From contig LSRY02000011.1 of the NCBI GenBank assembly GCA_001643675.2, forward strand, positions 806,001 through 870,000: a DNA stretch of 64,000 nucleotides, given 5' to 3'. This DNA comes from Monocercomonoides exilis PA203. Its lineage: Eukaryota; Protista; Preaxostyla. Of the stretch, positions 60,101 to 64,000 are shown in pieces; positions within the stretch are counted from its first letter, which is position 1; the number at the start of each line of letters is the position of its first letter. Position numbers and translations under genes: made by a program. The notes below the pieces were generated by a model, which was given only the letters and a program-made list of their open reading frames with translations, was not told where the DNA came from and ran no database searches.

Positions 60101-63100
60101 AAGAGGAAGAAGAAGAAGAAGATGATGATGTTAATGAAACATTTTTGGATGAACTTTGGAAACTGCAATGCTGTCGAATGTCAGCCAAGTATTCCGCACA
60201 GCGCAGAGCAAACTTGTAATGCTGCTTTGTGAAATAGACCGGAGAAAGCTGAGAAATCGTTTCATCAGTCAACAGAACAAGACGGAATGAAGATGAGTTT
60301 GATTCTGAGTCAGTTGAAGAGGAAGAAGAAGAATAGAGTGATGATAATGAAGTGTTTGCCGATTGAGACACATCAACGTTCAGAATTTTGTTTCCTTTTT
60401 TGTTTGCATCTTTTCCATTCTGATAGTCATTCATCTTTTCAGAACTTTCATTCAATTCATTCGTTTTGGTTACTGATTCATCTTCTTCTTCCTTCTCTCC
60501 ATGCCTCTTCTTCTGCTGCTTCCTCATGCAACTTCTCCCCAGCACAGCCGCATTCTTAACTTTCAGCGGAGAAGCCTGCAGCCACTCCCACATAAGCGCA
60601 TAGAGAAGAACACGCCGCATCTCATTCAGCGCGTCCGGGTGGCTCAGCACGCCCATCAGCTTGAATGTGGACGGCTCGAAGCAGAACGTGGAGAAAGAGG
60701 CGAGCGGGTGCAGCACAAGAAAAGGACGGGGGTTTGTCAGAATGGAGAAGAATGAGGAAGATGCTTGTTTTGACTGTGAAGATGAATTGGATGTGTTGCT
60801 TAGTGTTGAAATTGCAGATGAGCCTGTTGAAGATAGGTTGTTCGTTGACTGATTGTGTGCTTGAGAATCTGGGTGTGGTTGAATAAGTGTGACAACTGTT
60901 TCAAATTCCTCTTCATCTTCATCGTCATCATCGTCATCATCATCTTTGGCTTTTCCTTCTTCTACATTCTTGCTTGTTTTTCTTTTCTTTTCTTTTCGCT
61001 TTTTTGCACCTGCATCAACTGCTGCCATCGCTCTCCTCACATTTTCCTCTATCTCCAACTCTTTCTTCTTCCTCTTCTTCTCTTCCTCTTCCTCCCACTT
61101 CGTCTTTTCCGCCTCTTTCCTCCACTCCTTCACCCTGCACACCTCCATTGCCTTGTCTACCTCTCCTATCTCGAGATGGTGGCAGCTCGTCTCCTGCATC
61201 TCCAGCCCTTTCACATTCACCTCCACACTCGTCCGGCTCACACTGCCAATCGTGACAATCAGCGTCATACACCCACAGCGGAGCATAAGCTGAGTGTTTG
61301 GCTCAATCGATGAAAGAAGAGAGGGAGTGGAAAGGTTGACGTCTGGCTCTATCTTTTCGTGGGTAAAGAGAGACGGAAGGGAAGAAGTGAAGACTGTTGA
61401 GAGAGAAAAGGACTTTGATGAAGATTTGCTCTGTTTACTGTAATCAGCAACACAAGAATTCGAAGATTCGTTTAATCGTCCTGATATTAATGTTCTGTCC
61501 TTAAGTGGATTTTGAGCCCCGAATAGCATATCCAACAACCCCGTTATAACTTCATCAGCGTTCGCTGCATAGATTGATTTCTCGTGGTTCATAATGGACT
61601 GACTGTTCAAATCGGACAAAGAATATTGAGGAGTGGACGAAGATGAAGATGAAGAAGATGATGATGACGGATTTGGTTTTGCTCCTATTTTTGAAGAAGA
61701 CAAGGCAATGGCAAGAAATGCACTGTCCATTTTTGCTTCGTCCATATCGCTTTTTGAGCATTCATCACCATAACGCGTGTCATATTCGTTATCGTCTTCT
61801 TCATTTTCATCTTGACCTTCAGAATTTCCCTTTTTCATCTGATTCCTCGTTTTATCTTTTTCTTTTTCTTTCTCCTTCAAGTTTCTTCTGGCTTGAGACA
61901 GTTTTTCTTCTCCCATCAGATTCATCATTCTCGGGATCATCATTCCTGGCAGCACCAGAAAAGGATACCCAAACACCTGCTCCACATTCGTATCCAGCAA
62001 AGAGCTAACAATAATTGACACGAATGACACCGGAGCACACACAGCAATTTGCAGATAAAGCGACATTTTGACATGAGACGACCGCTGCTGTGTGTTGAAC
62101 GGAGGCGGAGCGACTTTGGGGATTTTGACAGCTGTGATGACTGAATAGAGATAGAATGAAGTGTGCTGGATGAGGTTGAATAAACGAGAGAAGCTCACAT
62201 GTACGAGAAAGAAGAGAAACAGAAACGTTGTCAAGAATGAGCCTGGAAGGGAGAATTCGCCTTCTTCGGGGTGGATAAGGATGTTTGTGGTGACATGCCA
62301 GATGAGAGCAGCGAGTGAATGATTACGGAGGGGAGCTGTGGAGTCTGGGTGCTGCAGAGGGAAGCGGATGGCGTGGAGGAGGAGACCAGAGGAAAGGATG
62401 CTGAGAAAGAGAGAAGGAGGAGAAGGAAGAGTGGAAGATGTCATTGAAGTGGCAAGACAGAAGAGCTCGTGATATGAAATGACAAGATAGTACAGAGGGA
62501 GGAAGAATGTGTTGATGAAACGCCTGATAACAGCGAAAGTGCGAAATGCAGAAGAAGAAGGTGATGGACGCTGAGATGTATTTATATCGTTTCCTTCTCC
62601 TTCTGCTCCGCCAACTTTCTTTCCGTCAATGCGAACAAAACGGAACAGCCCAAACCAAAGTGGCTCATTGTGGAGCTCGCACCACCAGCAGAGAACCAGA
62701 AAGCAGAAGATCAGAGCATCAATTGCAATTCTGGCAATGGAAAATATTTCACCGTTAACAAAGCTGGGAGCAAGGAAAGATGTGTATGACGAGTCTGCAC
62801 CTTCGTCACTGTCGTCAAAAATTGCATTGACAAGAGCGATTGCAATCCAAAAGGCACAAAGCACAATGTCAGAAATAACAGACAAAAGTAGCGTTCTTTT
62901 GCGTCTCAAAGATGATTCACGGATCGTTGGTAGTGAATCGGTTCGCGAGGAGGACAAAACGCAAACATCATTTTTCGCTTTTATGCGGAGAAGATTTTGA
63001 GAAGTCTGTGTTTTGTTTGGTTTGTCTGATGCAGCAGATGGCGAAGGAGTGAAGCGCTTTGCCTGTAATGGTGAGTTATTCGACAAGCGGACAACTGATG

Positions 63101-63965
63101 AGCTTGTTTGTTCGTCTGAAGCATTCCAGTCGGAAGATGTATTCATAGGAACAATCTGCTTTGAAGAGAATTGTTGAGTTTTCGTCTCTTTAGCTCGTTT
63201 TTGCTGCTTCTTTGGGCGCCAAGTGAAGCAGTCCACCCAATTGTAGTCAAAAATGCAAGCAGCGACCAACAGCGATATTGTTGCTCCTGCAAAAAGAATA
63301 GCTGACAAGTTAATAATTGCTTGCCATATCATTACTCCACCGCCAACGCTGGTAAGCGTAAAAACAATAGAGGTGAGAAGCAAAGTGCCTGTACGCGATG
63401 ACGCAGAACTACCAAAGCAAAATCGAGTAAACTGATTAGCGCAATATAGCAGAAAGGCACCCAATGAGGGAATTACTCCCAGAGCAAAGAAAATTGGAAG
63501 CAAAAGGCATATTCCCATTGGAGCGCTTGATAAATGATATGGAAGTTTTTGGAAATTTGAAGAAATCGTAGCTATCCAATCGTCCTCTTCTTTCATCAAC
63601 AATTGAAATCCATCTGCTCGGCCAAAGTCTGTTATGATAAAAGTAGCGAGTATCAGATAAACAATTGGTCTCAACCAACCAATGAAATAATCGATAACAA
63701 AAATTTGTGACAATTCGTCAGGTGATTTGAACATTAATGAATATACGCAAATAGCATATGATATCCAAGAAAATATCTGATAAAATATTGAGCCAACTGT
63801 CGCAGTTTTGGGTTCTTTTAGATAAAGTGTGATAGCATGATGAATGAAGATAAATGAGAATCCCATAGCAAAGCTAAATATTGCGCTGACAATGTACGCG
63901 ATAGTCTTTAGCCCGCATGAATGAGAAAAAGCGGGTGGAATTTGCTGAATGATTTGTGAAAAATA
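57102..63965 (-). CDS. PCNX: Pecanex-like multi-pass membrane protein (5' part lies beyond the window)
   Basis: Many TM helices at the N-terminus. Pecanex_C motifs [15 protein letters not shown] and [30 protein letters not shown]. The frame stays open upstream of Met 63866 to an AG acceptor at 63966-63967. Confidence 0.85.
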   Translation of the reverse strand, partial: [2287 protein letters not shown]

Positions 63966-64000
63966 CTTGAAGGAAAATAAAGGTAATTTATTACTTTGAT

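Noticed and set aside
42945-63965. Functional gene cluster (peptidase, SMYD, GH20, Man1, pecanex)
   Set aside because: Mixed strands and unrelated functions; no shared regulatory motif seen.

Overview
This is eukaryotic, intron-containing protist DNA in the standard genetic code, with AT-rich intergenic tracts, short GT-AG introns and many poly-Ser/Glu/Lys inserts in proteins. The gene families resemble those of the oxymonad Monocercomonoides; this assignment is recognition from memory, not a database result. The window holds about 11 intact genes. Two are giant paralogous single-pass receptor-like proteins with variable beta-helix-type ectodomains and a nearly invariant pseudokinase tail. 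The others are a class-2 DYRK kinase, a La-motif/FKBP/TPR fusion, a ~2,990-aa low-complexity protein ending in a degenerate fungal-type/CK1-like kinase, enolase, an M20 carboxypeptidase, an SMYD-type SET-MYND protein, a GH20 beta-hexosaminidase, a Man1/Src1-like inner nuclear membrane protein and a pecanex-like protein. The La motif of the fusion is hidden in two small 5' exons that the ORF track misses. The gene-free 6.1-15.3 kb interval is a transposon graveyard: a decayed Merlin/IS1595-type transposase, a family of GGGTGA-terminated inverted repeats with 4-bp AWWT flanks, and pseudogene fragments. The best leads are the La-FKBP-TPR fusion, the receptor-pseudokinase pair and the TIR family.
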